Source: Octopus sinensis
Taxonomy: Eukaryota
Assembly: GCF_006345805.1 (NCBI RefSeq)
Contig: NC_043001.1
Location: forward strand, 58,962,001-59,026,000
Length of the DNA: 64,000 bases
Reading direction: 5' to 3'
Below, in pieces: positions 24,791 to 38,559 of this stretch (position 1 is its first letter; each line of letters starts with the position of its first letter). The notes under the pieces are model-generated. The model searched no databases. It was not told the origin of the DNA and saw nothing but the letters and a program-made list of their open reading frames with translations. The position numbers and the translations under genes were made by a program.

Positions 24791-26639
24791 ATATCATGTT
24801 ATCTATGATATTATTATATTATCTCAATAATTTTCATTCATTTGTATTTCTATATTTAATCTTTCATGTTTTATCATTCGAAGAAAAAAATTAAATGACA
24901 CCAAGAGTAAATAAATATAGTGATCGTTTCACTATCGATCTCCAAATCCTTAAAAATCTAGAATTGTGTAAAAGAAAATATTTAAGAAAGAACTTAAATG
25001 AAATAAAAAGTAGAAATGTAAAACTATAAGAAAATATAAAACTGTAAGAAAATAATGATTCGTTTCTTTATTTATTTCTAGTTACTCCGCTCGTATTTTA
25101 AAGTAAAATATCTCAAGATAAGATAAAAATATAAAACGTAGAAAAAATAAAACGTTAATGATAAATTTTTACAAATTTTAGAAACACATTTAGAAAAAGT
25201 GTAACAAAATACCGATATCATAGCGGCTGTATCTTTGATTGAGCGTTAATATTTAAAATTTTTCGTTGTAAATATTCTTCTTTGTTACTTTTAATATCAA
25301 AATGTGCTCGAGAAGTATTGATAGACAGTATGGCTCGGTGGACAAACCGTTCAACGTAAGAACAAACAATTCGTTTGAGTCGCTCTGAATGACTTACTAT
25401 ATATTTAGACTTATCAAGTTATTTTCAAGTTCCTAGTACATGCATTTCCCATGAAACAATTTATTTTTTGTCCTTAAGTATATCTATTCAATGAGACCAT
25501 AATGAGACACACTAATTCGAATGGAATGGAAAATATAAGCGAATGTTGCTTCAAATATTGGGTAATTTGCAACACGAAATTTGTTGTATATCAAGAGTAG
25601 TACATATTAAAGAATGAAAAGATATAAGTCGACTAGGTACATACTAATGATTTTAACCTCCAAGGAAGCTGACATATTCGAAGCTGACACCATTAAAGGG
25701 ATTGGCAGTAAAACTGACAAATTTTAATGCATTAAACACTTTAGCTGTAGTTCAGAAGTGGCGAAATCTACCTGAATGTAACATCTGTCTTAAACCTCCT
25801 TTTTGAAACGGGATAAAATATTTAATAAATCAATATATAATTGTATATCTGCATAATAATATAGGCTCGAAATAAATGTTTTTTGATGGTGTTTCTTTAG
25901 AGACAAGCGTTATATCAGTCACACTTTCAATCACATTTACTGCCTGCCAAGTTTTACAGGGATACAAATAAAACAATCGGAAATAGATGAGATGCTCCTA
26001 TAGTAGAGATTATTTAGCATTGTGAAATACTAAGAGACAACCGAAGAAATAAACTTAGTCTACAAAATATCCGGTCATATTCTTGTTCATGTTCAATCTT
26101 GTCCCTATAAATCTAACAAAAAGTATCCTAAATAATATATTGTCAAAAACATTACGAGGCAAAAATTTGGAAAACCCTATAAATCTCACTTTAGGAATTT
26201 CAATATGTCCGTCGAAGAATCTCAGATAATATTCATGCATAAATATCTGTAGATTGAGCTTTACAGATTTAGGGGAGTTGGATAGTAAAATTGTCACAGT
26301 AAACAAAAATATGGGCAGTATGGGAAAAGATACTTAAAAATATATAATCCAAACAAAAGACTTACTCATAATCGACATATTGAAAATATCACAATTACAT
26401 AAGCAATTCAAAGAGTGCTTACAACGTCCATACAATAGAAAAATGTCGATTTTGACATTGGAAATCTTATCGTGCCATTTTCTGTTGCAGATTGCGTAAT
26501 CATCACTTGAAAAAGGTTTCAAAGTCCATGAATCTGCCCAATACAAAAGTGTGCTCATAGACGGATCTTAAAGGCTCTTAAGTTGTACAAGACCTCTCCT
26601 TTTGTAAAAGTCTCTCTACAACACATTTAGGTGACTGTG

Positions 26640-27960
26640 GAACACAAAATTGTTTCTTAACCATGAAAAAGGCTCGTATGTGTCAGGGAAGATCAATATA
26701 GATAGTGAAATAATCCAGCGAGATTCATTCTCCTCTTCTGTCTGTCCTTTATTTCCTTATCCTTGAGATAAACAGAACAAATTACGGTTACAAAATATTT
26801 GACAAGATCATCTCATACTTGCTCAACATGAATGATCTAAAATTATATGCAAAAAGTGACAAGGATCTGAAAGCGCTACTAGTAACTCTGAAAATATTCA
26901 GTGATGACATCAATATGGAATTTGGCCTTGACAAGCGTGCAAAAGCTTCATTCAAACGTGGTAAAGTGACAGCTAATACCACGACCCGAGTTGATCGTGA
27001 TACAACTATCAAGAACCTGGACCAAGAAGGCTCTTATGCGTGCCTCCTATGAAGGAGAAGGTATTCAACACCGATCGATGAAAGAGAAGATCAGGAAAGA
27101 GTATTATAAACGTCTCAGTATGGCTGAGGAATTTGAGCAGAACTCCCAGAATAAAATTGCAGCTCTAAACTCCCTGGCGGTACCAGTTGTTCAGTGTAGC
27201 CTTTATGTCATCAATTGGTATATTGATGATCTCCAGCGTATAGGCATAACTGTTGGCACTAAACAGAATGCACCACCGAAAATAAAACGTCTACGGAAAC
27301 AATGCAGCAGAGGCCTAATCCAAATTGAAACATCCTATATAACGACCACGATAGGACTCCAAGTGTACATCCACAGTAACACCGACTAGATAATACAGGT
27401 GGTAAAGAAACAGAAACGGAGTAAGAAATTGCACTGAATCTCAAATGAGGCACATATATATCTGATTATGATGCTGATAAGTAGGACACAACACCCACTA
27501 AGGTAGAAAACATGTGTAAAGCAAAAGCCAAACGGGAAAGCTTGAAAGACATATCGATACTGAGGCAAGAAAAACCATTGCATGGCCAATACCCAAAACG
27601 AGCTGGAGAAGCTGATGTAAAGGGTAAAACTCAACTAGGAAGTGTTGGTTTGAAAGCCGAAACGATTTAAAAAAACAACGAGCAAAGCATCGTCAACAAT
27701 GACCTAGGACAAAAAACATGCCTGTTAACTAGTATGGTTCTGCCTACTAATAGATATCTAGGGTGTGGCAATTAAAAACCAAAACCTTCCCTGTTGTTGT
27801 AGGTATCCTCGGAATGATGAAAAAAGGTAGTGACAATTTTTTTACTTCATCCCAGGGAGACCAACACTCAAAAACTTGTGTTGTCATCAACCGCCCGCAT
27901 TCTCATGAAGTTTTTCTCCATCTAAAATATACGTTCATTGGGCCTCTAATTAAGACCCTG
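26640..27960 (+). mobile_element. R4/Dong-clade LINE, RT-to-end remnant with internal deletions
   Basis: IQRDSFSPLL (QGDSLSPL), LLNMNDLKLYAKS (YMDDLKLY), MEFGLDKRAK, NKIAALNSLAVPV, LHGQYP and WQLKTKTFPVVVGILG. Confidence 0.88.
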
Positions 27961-28011
27961 TTAGATATGAAAGAAAATACAAATCAATCGGAAAATAATA
28001 AAAATGATAAT

Positions 28012-28125
28012 CCTTTCAATTGGAGGCACAAGTCCTCAAATTAGGCGGAGGGGATCAGTCGGTTACATCGACCCCTGTATTTCACTGGTGTTAATTCATC
28101 AACCCCGTAAAGATGAAAGGCAAAC
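28012..28125 (-). mobile_element. Partial SINE
   Basis: GTCGGTTACATCGACCCCTG..AATTCATCAACCCCGTAAAGATGAAAGGCAAA on the plus strand. Confidence 0.75.
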
Positions 28126-28127
28126 AC

Positions 28128-28985
28128 GAACTGATTCTTAAGTGGAAATCAAACGGACGGAATAATATCGAATTTATCAACACCTGGGCAGTATCACTCC
28201 TTAGATATGGAGCAGGGGTAATCGCATGGACAGTAGACGAACTAAACATCTTAGACAGAAAGACAAGGAAGTTGCTAACTAGATATGGGACACTCCACCC
28301 AGAAAGTGACACTGACAGACTGTATGTACCAAGAGAAAGAGGAGAGAGGACTTATAGGATGCGAGCACAACAGAAGAAAATGCGGGAAGAGCACAGCAGA
28401 AGAAGATGCTAGAAGAGCAGAAGAAAACAACATAGCATGGTATGTAAAAAATCCCACAGAACCTCTATTATTAGAAGTAAGGAAGTCAGGCTTGTGTAGG
28501 ATGAATGATTGCACAGATAAAGCACTGTACATGGCATTGAAAACGAATGAAACTGAAAATAGGTTGGTAAAGAATAGAATGCACGGTCAATTTCGTAAGG
28601 ATATTGAAGATAAGACGGAGAGAGGAAAAAAGATCGCTGCTGGATGACTAAAAGTGATGTAAAAGCGGAAACGGAGCTCTAATCTCTGCTGCCCAAGAGC
28701 AAGCACAAAGAACAAACTACGTAAAATACAGAGTAGACAACGTATAAGAAAGTAATAAGTGCAGAATCTGTAGACAAAATGGTGAAACCGTATGGCATAT
28801 TACCAGACAATGTACACCACTAGCCCGGAAGGAATATAAGGGACGCCACCACAATATAGCCAGGCTTGTCCATTGGACACTTTGCAACGAGTATGGATTT
28901 GACAGAGCAAAAGATTGGTGCGACCACAAACCTGAAGGCATCATCGAAAATAAAAATGCAAAGATCCTATGTGATTTTATGATTA
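28128..28985 (+). mobile_element. R4/Dong-clade LINE fragment (thumb, CCHC finger, start of REL)
   Basis: INTWAVSLLRYGAG..LDRKTRKLL..LHPESDTDRLYVPR..MHGQF..AAQEQA..CRICRQNGETVWHITRQC..RHHNIARLVHW. Confidence 0.92.
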
Positions 28986-29039
28986 GTGCAACTATGTACC
29001 GTGTTTGTATGTATGGATGTGCATCTCCACGTGTGGATA

Positions 29040-30123
29040 CGTGTCTCCATATGTGTCCTGGTGTGAAGTGAATGACCTGTTCCGAATTTTTCCCTAAACT
29101 GTTTTACTTTCTTCCGTATCAGGTATCAATCCCTGATGTTGTTCCTCCTGTACTTCCTCAAAAAGACGCCTTCTGTTTGATTGAAATACTCTGTTTTGTT
29201 TAAATGTTTTGCATCTTTTGAGTTTGTCCTTTTTTAACGCCATCACCCTTTCTGACAATTCGTGTTTTTTTTTTCTAACCTTTACTGTCCATTCAGTTTT
29301 CTGGTTACTACCATATTCTTGAGTGTTTCTCTATTTGTCCTATGTAATTGCCCCAGTTTTTTCTCCGTGTCTTTTCTAACTTGATTCGTTCTTTCTTTTC
29401 CCACCCTTTATTTTCAATAGTCTTCCGCTTGTATCCTATTGTCAGTTACAATATTAACAGCAGCTAAAATTAGCTGGTTTGTTTCACTAATGTTCTTTGT
29501 TTTCACCAAACTCAAGATGCCTTTTACTTTGCAAGTTGCTCTCCTTTATCGATATACATTTGCTCGCACTTCAATGCTCACACCACACATTTTACCTCGC
29601 AGCAGTTCGTTGTTCTTCTCTTCATCGTTCAAGTTTTGTGCAACTTTTACTATCACTTTTCCTACTAAATCACCTTCACTATTTACTCCATCAGCATTCT
29701 TATGCACACAGTAAAATGCTTTTTTACATTTTTCTTCATATTTTACCCATTTATTACCACGTCCTGCTATTGCTGTTTCACACACTTCCAGTTCATGTAT
29801 TTTTTTATTCTTCTCTGAATTTCTTGAACCTCTAATCATTTATAAGTAATGCTCCCATGCCTGGTCTATCATTCGTTAGCTGGAAGCATATCTTCTTCAT
29901 TCCTTTCATGAAGCCTCCTTTTTTTTTATTGGCTCAGTTCGCAGCCAACTACCTATTGCAATTTTGTTTACTTTGTTTTCCCTATTTCATTTTTCTACCA
30001 CTGAACTTTTGACTTCTATTCTGATCAATAGCTTGCTGACGACTTGCCGGAGGTTGATCTGACATTTCTCGCCTGCAGTCCACGACACCAACCCTGTTAG
30101 CAGTTCCGGTCCCGTTGACGCAG
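29040..30123 (-). mobile_element. R4/Dong-clade LINE N-terminal region
   Basis: RKMK(W)..TEPIKK..GFMKGMKKI, KTKNISETNQLILAAVNIV and IPDTEESK match the R4/Dong pre-RT region. The 5' junction abuts (TAA)n on the minus strand. Confidence 0.72.
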
Positions 30124-30664
30124 TTATTATTATTACTACAATATATCACTCATTCTGAGGTAGAATCTAAAAGGTTGTGCAATCACCAGTGTTTTTGTCG
30201 TGATGCCATCGCTAGGTGTGTTCCCAACCAATGTTCACCTACCCTCATACACATTCTGTTGGATGACTGTTGACTCACAAGGGTTCGTCCGCCCTTTCTC
30301 AGGTTTTATTTTTTTTCCTGCATGGTATTCAGCTACAACCCTCCACACCATACATGCTTGTTTTTGCCGGTTTAGTCACCGACGACCCTACCTTTTGAAT
30401 GTTTATTTGAAACCTCATTACAGTATACACTCACCAACATGGGAAATCTGTTTCACGTTCCCTGCAAAGTCAACGCAATAAAGTAAGTTCAAAATAAACA
30501 ACTGAATCCGCCCCCCTACTTGGTCTAATATATCTACATCAATTTTTTTTATCAATACTACTATTACTCTTGGTATAATAATAATTATTATTAGTATACT
30601 TACCACTACAACTCTACTATTATTATTACTATTTTTCCTAATATTACCTCTTCTACTATCCTTG

Positions 30665-30945
30665 TTATTGCCAAGGAAGTGGCAAATTGGAATGTCGTAA
30701 AGATCACTTTATTTCAGGACGAAACAGGAGAATTTATAATATTTCCGGCAGACAGAATAGAAAACAGATTTTATTAAGCTATCGTCTTGCAAAGAGTGAG
30801 GACCATTTTAGACATGCTGCATCACCACCCGGAGATAACAGCAAACTATACAGGATAACCTGTGAAATGACGCATTAGAAAAATTGCAGCTTCATGGAAT
30901 ACTCCAAAGAGCCACCAACAATATGGACAATGAGAAGCAGATCCG
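30665..30945 (+). mobile_element. Possible RTE 3' remnant
   Basis: FRH and PPTIW motifs fall at plausible spacing for FGH..GRP..W. Weak. Confidence 0.3.
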
Positions 30946-31424
30946 TGCGTGTGTCAATAGAGTGTTGATGTAAATATAGAAAATGAGTGTTCATTGAGTA
31001 ACGGTATTATATATTTAATGACCGAGAAGGAAATAGTATTGTAGTAGGATGCAAAATGGTCATTTAGAAAGAATACCAGCATTGTCATAACATCTGTCTT
31101 AATTAATTCTGGTCAATCATTACAAAATTATATATAAAATCATATTGAGGATATGGTATAATGCACTACTAGAAACTCTCTAAATGAACTTGGGAAACAT
31201 AAATTTCTCTTAGAAATATCCATATAGACAGGACACCTGAACAACATAGACCTGATATAATACATGACTTTAAAAAATTTGTAGCGTAAACGACCTTGCG
31301 ATTTCTTTAAACAAACATATTGCAGAAAATGAAGTAGAAATGATCTTGAGATATAAAGAATGTGGTGACACGTAACTGCAGAAACAATAGGTTCAATCCC
31401 ATCCACGAATCATGGTGTTTCTCA

Positions 31425-31610
31425 ATGATGATGATGATGATGATTATCATAATGTTGAGGATGAGGAATCGGAGGAGGAGGAGGAGGAGGGGGAGAAAGA
31501 GGAGAAAAAGAAAAAAGGAGAAGAGAAAGAAGTAGAAGGAGAAGAAAAAATTATGATGGTGGTGGTGATGGTTGTGCTGGTGGTGGTGGTGGTGGTGGTG
31601 GTGGTGGTCA
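31425..31610. repeat. Degenerate (GAT)/(GAG)/(GAA)/(GGT) trinucleotide tract
   Basis: Directly visible. Confidence 0.9.
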
Positions 31611-34439
31611 TTAATAACATTTACCTGTGTATAATTTTATAAATTATGCCTATAAACTCTTAAAGTGTATTCGCTATAATAATAGGAACAATGCAAAAAA
31701 TAATGATAACAAGGAAATTATATTAAAAGTTATATCAGCACTATTGAAAGCTATGTAGAATATTGAAATTCTCAGTGAATCACTTTCTATATACAATATC
31801 AGTAAGGCTGAACTAATATTTTTGTTTTCATTTGTGTATGTATTAATATTCTTATGTAAGTGTTTGTATGCATGTGTGCTTAAGCATTTGTGCTTTCATT
31901 GGCCGTAGTAGTTGTTGAAAGTGGAACGCCGAACCTAAATTTACAGAAAAGCTAAGCATAGGCTTAGCTTGTCAGTATCTGTCAGTAAAGCATCTTGACT
32001 AGGACAGTCTTTGAATTAATGACATATCAAGCTGGAATTAACGGTTGTTATCCCCCTGTCAGCTTTAGGCACATTTCCCGTTTGACAGGGCTAATCTCCT
32101 TACTGAAACGCTTTTTCGAAGTCACCTTAACCGCTTCAGCTACAGATTTAACCTCATAGAATCGTTCTTTCAGTATTACTTTATCATTCCTTTTTTGTTT
32201 CTAAACTTATGTTACCACTTATAAAGATCATATTTATCAAGTATGCTTAACTTAAAATTGTCCAGTCAGACTTTATATATTCATGGAAACACCTATGCTT
32301 TCAATTCGTTCATTGATCAGTGGAAGCACGCTATTTGGTGTGAATTAAAGTGAAAGAACAGTTAGACTATGTTGTTAACGGTTTTATTTATATGCATCAT
32401 TATTGCTGTCGTCATTGACGTCACGATTACAATCACTCTCGGCATTCATCTAATAAACGTAATTGTAAATGAGGTGGGTCGTCGTTGTAGTTGCACTTCA
32501 AGTGTTCTTCCAGTTGTCATTTTCATTCATCATAAACAGAATTTCATGTTGAAAAAGATTCTGATGCAGAATAAAATTAACGATATTGCAAGTTTTTGTT
32601 ACCCTTCGGCACAACAGCGACAGTTAGCAATGAGTATTTGTTCTGAATTCATATGTCTATAAAATTCATTCACCACTATCACCACTGACTCTAGCATCAA
32701 TATCAAACGAATGACTCCAAAGCCAACTGTCTCTAGAACAAATTCATCGAGCTACTGTAGTCATTTTAGCTACGAGATAGCATCTAAATATCATTCAATG
32801 CAAAACATACACCATTTAAATACAAATCTATCAATTCGATAATGAAGTTTTCAACATTAAAAATATATAACAAGTTAACAACAGCACGGGCAACAACATA
32901 AACTTCATAATCATCACGAAGATAACCAGAGTTGTTATCATATATATGCTAAACATGAAGATCACATGAACACCAGCAACAGTAATTGCAATATGATCAC
33001 GCTCAAAGCTATAATAATTTACTCTAACATTGTTAATGACTGCTTGATGATTTTCAAAGTTTTATTGCGTTAGTGCTTGTTTTTTTTTTATTACGCAAGG
33101 TTGTGTTAATGACATTCCTAAATACTGCTAGATGGGTGAAAGATTCATTGTTATCGTGAACTTTCTTGTTAGTTATGTATGCAGGATATGTATGTGTGAT
33201 GGAAGTACTGCTGGGAAGTGGCGTTCAGGCGTAAAAGTTTTGCTTATAGGGGAAAGTGTCAGATACAGAATAGACGATGAAACGAGGGATCATGGGTAGG
33301 GAGGAAGTAAATTTCTAGTTAATTCAGTTGATCAGAGACGACAGTAATATGATAATGTAGGTAGATATATCCAACAGAATGTCTGTGCTTTAAAGATGTG
33401 TTGGTGACTTGATAACTGTCAATGAAATGGCCTTCTTTCGGAAACGGATTAGCGTGTCTATGTGTATAGCAGCAGCGGTACAGCCGTGGTAGCAGAAGTT
33501 TATTGTGAGACTTACTCTTGACATTTACAGGTTCAGCCGCTAGCCATAGTTGACCCATTTGTCTGACATGACTGCATGGAACGTACCAATTTACATTTGT
33601 TAACAAACTTGTAATTATTGCACGGGAGAAAGTGTTGGTAAATAAAATCCAAAATCATGAATCGTGTGGCGTATTTAAGTTTCGATCAGATAAATACGTG
33701 TAACTCATAATAATAACTGATACACAAAATTCACGGTGATAAATGACTTTTCTTTATCATCAGCAGCGAGATTAGTAAACAGATCGAGAGTTAACATTGA
33801 AATCACTGTTGACAGTGATTACTAAAGGATATTAAATAAGATAGATATTATTGATACATTCAATAATTTATTGATATTTATTAGAGCAGTTTTTACATTT
33901 GTCTGTGTTACATGTATTTATACAATACTAGAGTGATTTCGATCAAAGGAAAAGCAGAATTTGAACAAGAGTAAATGTTGATTTTCTAATCAGAAAGATA
34001 CTGAGACGAGTTTGCGTCTAATAGCCAACTTCTTCCTCTGTGTATGTTGCAGATAAGACAGTTTTAAATCTGACGCAAAACATTTTGATGATAAATTTAT
34101 TCAAAACTTTTAGAATATATCAGGTAGCCACAAACTGCTAGCACATTGTCTTTGCTTATAGGGGCACATTGGTGTAAGTAAAAAATCTCTCTCTCTCTCT
34201 CTTTTTCTCTCTTTCTGTATCTCTCCTAGTATATACATATATATATATATATATACATACATATATATATATACTAGGAGAGATACCCGGGGTTGCTCGG
34301 GATTTAAAATGGTATAGTTTGTATATATATATATATTACAGTTACGTTGAAACAGGTGATACGAGAAAGGGCAGTATGACGACAAAACATTTGTGAAATA
34401 AATTTTAAAGCTTTGCAGAAACAACAAGTTGAATTTAGC

Positions 34440-35024
34440 ACACTAACTGGGAAGAATTATAATTTTTATAAGAATGGAATGGATGGTATCTGAAAGCAGC
34501 TCCAGGAGTTGTGAAGAACGAATGTGTATGTGGTGTGTTTCTGAGAGCTATTCTGTTGGATCTCTGTGTAATCTGGCATGCTAAACGTTGATTTAATGAT
34601 TCAGCATTAAGAGCTGCAGCATGCCTTTGCTGAACTTTGGAAAGTTTCATCTCCCTCCTATTTTGAGACTGCATCTGATGTGCTGCAGCCTGCCTTTGCT
34701 GATTTTGAGAAAGTCTTATATCCCATCTTTCTTGAAACTCCTTCAGACGTGCTGCAGCGTGCCTTTTCTGACCTTGAGAAAGTCTCATCCCCTCCTTCTC
34801 TCCTGAGGCTCTATTTGACGTGTTGTAACATGCCTTTGTTGATCTTCAGAAAGTGTCATATTCCTTAGCTATTGAGACTTCATTTAACGTGCTGGAGCAT
34901 GCCTTTCCTGATGTTGAGAAAGTCTGATCTCCCTTATCTCTTGAGACTCTCGTCTTCGGTTTTCCGCAATCTTCCTTGCTTGATACGTGTTTCTGGAAAG
35001 ATTGCGTTTATTCTTTGGTGGCAT
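34440..35024 (-). pseudogene. Helitron RepHel N-terminus with five 69-bp (23-aa) STPR-like repeats
   Basis: MPPKNKRNLSRNTYQARKIAENRRRESQEIREIRLSQHQERHAPAR*... Repeat anchors at 34614, 34683, 34752, 34823 and 34892; ends AAFRYHP. Confidence 0.8.
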
Positions 35025-35295
35025 ATTATGAACGTTAAAAAAAATATACGTTAATCTCTATTTTTGTAAGGAGTTGTATGTATTTAGTATGACCGTATTT
35101 TTGTATGCACTGTAAATTAACCAAATATAAGCAAATTTTAAATGCCTTGCAAACTTGCAAATGCTGCGATAATTATGAGTAGGTAATTGAGCGGTAGGTG
35201 TGTATTTTTATATACCTTGGACATGCCACTTAATTGTCTTTTTTCAAGAATTTCGCCTCCAGCCATCCTGGTCATATATGTATATGCAGATGTAT

Positions 35296-35897
35296 ATAGA
35301 GGAGGTGAGAGAATATGTCTACTTGGGACAGGAAGTAAATATTTGCCGGGATATCAAAAAGGAGATCTCATGGAGAGTAAGGGCCGTTGGAAGGCGTTCA
35401 ATGGCATAAGGGATGTGCTCAAGGGAAGGTTGGACAGGACCACCCGCGCCAACCTCATTAACAGTGCAGTTCTGCCTGCAATGTTATATGGTAGTGAAAC
35501 ATGGGCTACCACAAAGAGAGAAGAGCAGAGACTGGTAACGGCTCAAAGAGCCATGGAAAGGTCAATGCTTGGTATCTCGTTGAGAGAGCACATAAGTAGC
35601 AAGATCATCAGAAAGAAGTCCGGCGTGAGAGATGTCATCGCAGCAAGTATAGATGGGCTGGACACGTCGCCCGGCTCACCGATAATCGGTGAACGCACGC
35701 AGTTGTAGAGTGGTACCCGCGTGAGCGGAAAAGACCACCCGGAAGACCTCCACGACGGTGGAGTGACGATTTCAAGAGGACGACTGGGATCACGTGGATG
35801 AGAAAGGCGCGATCAAGGGAGGAGTGGACAGCGTGCTGTGACCAGCGGTGTCAATTAGACGCCTGACGGACTGGTCAGTCAAAGTGATCAAAGTGAT
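35296..35897 (+). mobile_element. Young 5'-truncated RTE LINE with target-site duplication
   Basis: EYVYLGQ..AVLPAMLYGSETW..QRAMERSMLG..RWAGHVARL..WYPRERKRPPGRPPRRWSD, then a TCAAAGTGA x2 tail. TSD ATATGCAGATGTAT at 35282-35295 and 35896-35909. Confidence 0.95.
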
Positions 35898-36019
35898 ATG
35901 CAGATGTATGTGTATGTTTAATAACAGGCGTAACGAACACTCAAACACTCACACCCTCACAGACACATACACATTCATATAAAAATGTGAGGATACACAC
36001 ATATAGAGTCACATACATA

Positions 36020-36725
36020 TATTAAGAGAGACACATACTGACATATATTCACGCATGTCAAGCATTACATATGCATATGTATGTGCGGGTGTGTGTATGT
36101 TTAAATGTCTCTAACGCGGAAACAAACATAGAGTCACAGAGACGATGTCGTCGTCGTCGTGGTATAAAATATCATTTAATACCTCGTACGCATCGCACGC
36201 GCAGACACATACACACTCATATAAAATATTTTGTACTCTAGTTACCAGTAGAAATATTATATCTATTAAATGCTTCATTGTTTTTATTGAAATGAAAAAA
36301 TTACATATTGACAGTCGTGGGCTATAATACTATATAGTAAGAGAAATACACACAGACATATATTCACGCATGTCAGACATCACATATGCATATGTATGTG
36401 TGCATGTTGGATAACGTCCCTAACGCGGTAACACAAACGCTCAAACACATACACACTCATACAATCACACACAGACACTCGTATACAAAATGTGACGTTG
36501 TCGTCGAACGTGGAAACACACATACTGACAGACATATACACCTTCATACATTCACACACATACTCTGACAGGCGCATACACACTTGTATACAAAACTGTG
36601 ACATTGTCGTCGTCGTCATTGTATAAAATGTTATTTACTATATTTGATTATAGAAAGATTATGTTATAAAATGCTATATTTTTTATCGAAGTGAGAAAAA
36701 GGTTACATGTTTATACTTGTGGAGT
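36020..36725 (+). repeat. Degenerate direct repeats (two ~310-380-bp units)
   Basis: GACATATATTCACGCATGTCA..ACATATGCATATGTATGTG..CTAACGCGG and TGTCGTCGTCGTC..GTATAAAAT blocks each occur twice. Confidence 0.75.
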
Positions 36726-36866
36726 GAGATGCTGTTATCTTGTAAAATTTGATTTGATTTTAACTTTTATTTCTAGCAATACTGGTGCTGACAAGTGCCC
36801 TCGGTCACTTTAGTGAAGTATATATTTCTGCCATTCGGTTGTAAATTTACGAACAAGCCACCCGTG

Positions 36867-36934
<68 letters not shown>

Positions 36935-37199
36935 GTATATACGGGTTTGCGTGTGTTTGTGTGTGTGAACTAGCCTATATAATAATGTACATTTTATAGA
37001 TTCACAAGAAAAAAGACAAAATAGATTGGTTATAACTTGCAACAGTTTATATTAATTACACAATGCACTTACTGAAGCCCTCTCCCATTCTCTCTCTTCC
37101 GTTAATGTTTTCGAAGAGTTTGTTCTATTCGTAATGCATAAATACATACGACGCAGACAAAAAAATTTTGAATATTCCTGTTAAGATTCTTTTCTATAG

Positions 37200-37390
37200 T
37201 AGGCACAAGGCCAGAGATTTTGTGGAAGGGGGATAGTCGAGTATATAGACCCCAATACGCAACTGGTACTCAATTTATCAACTTCGAAACGTAAAGTCGA
37301 CCTCGGAGGAATTTGAAACCAGAACGTAGCAATGGGCGAAATACAGCCAAGCATTTGTCGAGCGTGCTAACAATTCTGCCAGCTCGCCGA
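37200..37390 (-). mobile_element. tRNA-derived SINE
   Basis: Same family as 22690-22922. Confidence 0.85.
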
Positions 37391-38352
37391 TCACTTTAAG
37401 AATTAAAACTGTTACTCACATAATACTAATTCTTAGATAATCTTAATCAGTGTTATAAAACATTACGTGATACAATACAAGATGCAGCCTCATGCTTTAA
37501 GATGTTATTCCGGTACAGGCACAGTCTTAATGGTTAAATCAAATCCACCAGCTACAAACGACGGCAGGGTTCATATTTTTCAACATTATTTCGACTATAA
37601 TTACGTTGTTGAATATATCATATATTGACAATCTTTGTCCTTCAGCCAATAACACAGTGGAATATCTATTCCTGTACTGTAATTATCTCTTCAATATTTC
37701 ACCCTTTCAACTAGTTCAATAAAATTAATCATATTTTATCAAAACTAGACTTAACAGCTTTCAAAATGTGTTTCATATGCAGGAAATTTAATATCCTATC
37801 GCATCTTATTGTGACTTTGTGTTTTTCTTGTTGGATGTATTTTAATTTCCCTATCGCTTTTTAATTGTACACACATTGCTGGCATATTTGCTAGCTCTAT
37901 TTATTTTACTATTGAGCTTGTCATTTTACAGAGAGAATATACACAATATTTTCATAATATTTATATACAATTTGGCACATTCTCGTTGCTATATTTACTG
38001 AATGCACACTCTCCAAAAGTGACGATCAATTTAAACAGCGTCTCCTTGTACAGCTTTGTCCTAACTGTATATTTCTAGCACTCATTTACACTGGTGATTG
38101 TTTACAGTATCTCTTGTACGCTGTGTATTTTGCCAGATGAGTCGTTAACTGATTTTTCTGGGGTTTTTTTGTTCTTTCATGTATATTTTATTCATATATA
38201 TGTCAATAATAAAATCTTGAATAATTTGATAACACATTCATAAATACAGTCAGAGACACAATATTAAAGCACAATATGTCTTATAATAATGTGTATTGTT
38301 TCTAATATCATAAGAAACGATTAACAGCACCTCCACCTACTCGATCACTCTA

Positions 38353-38422
<70 letters not shown>

Positions 38423-38559
38423 TCTAATGCGCCTCAAACTACATCCTATCATGAAAGATAACTGTAATACACATATATGGCAATCTTAAATAACACTCTG
38501 ATGTATTGGTGATTATTAGTGAAATACTCTTCTTCAACAACCTATTTCATAAGAGATGA

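Larger units (their letters stand above)
34274..36880 (-). mobile_element. Helitron, same family as 3496-5478, with a nested RTE
   Basis: CTAG terminus at 34274 with CCCGAGCAACCCCGGG hairpin. 34274-34410 and 34465-35100 align to 3496-3625 and 4170-4590. The 5' boundary near 36880 is inferred. Confidence 0.72.

Noticed and set aside
30000-30125. HDV-like ribozyme at the 5' end of the R4/Dong fragment
   Set aside because: The GC-rich stretch reads as the open N-terminal coding frame, and I could not build the nested double pseudoknot.
32700-33610. Two possible GIY-YIG relics (CL..IHRATV on plus; NVNWYVPC..WI..PTL on minus)
   Set aside because: The motifs are too short and disrupted to call without a profile search.
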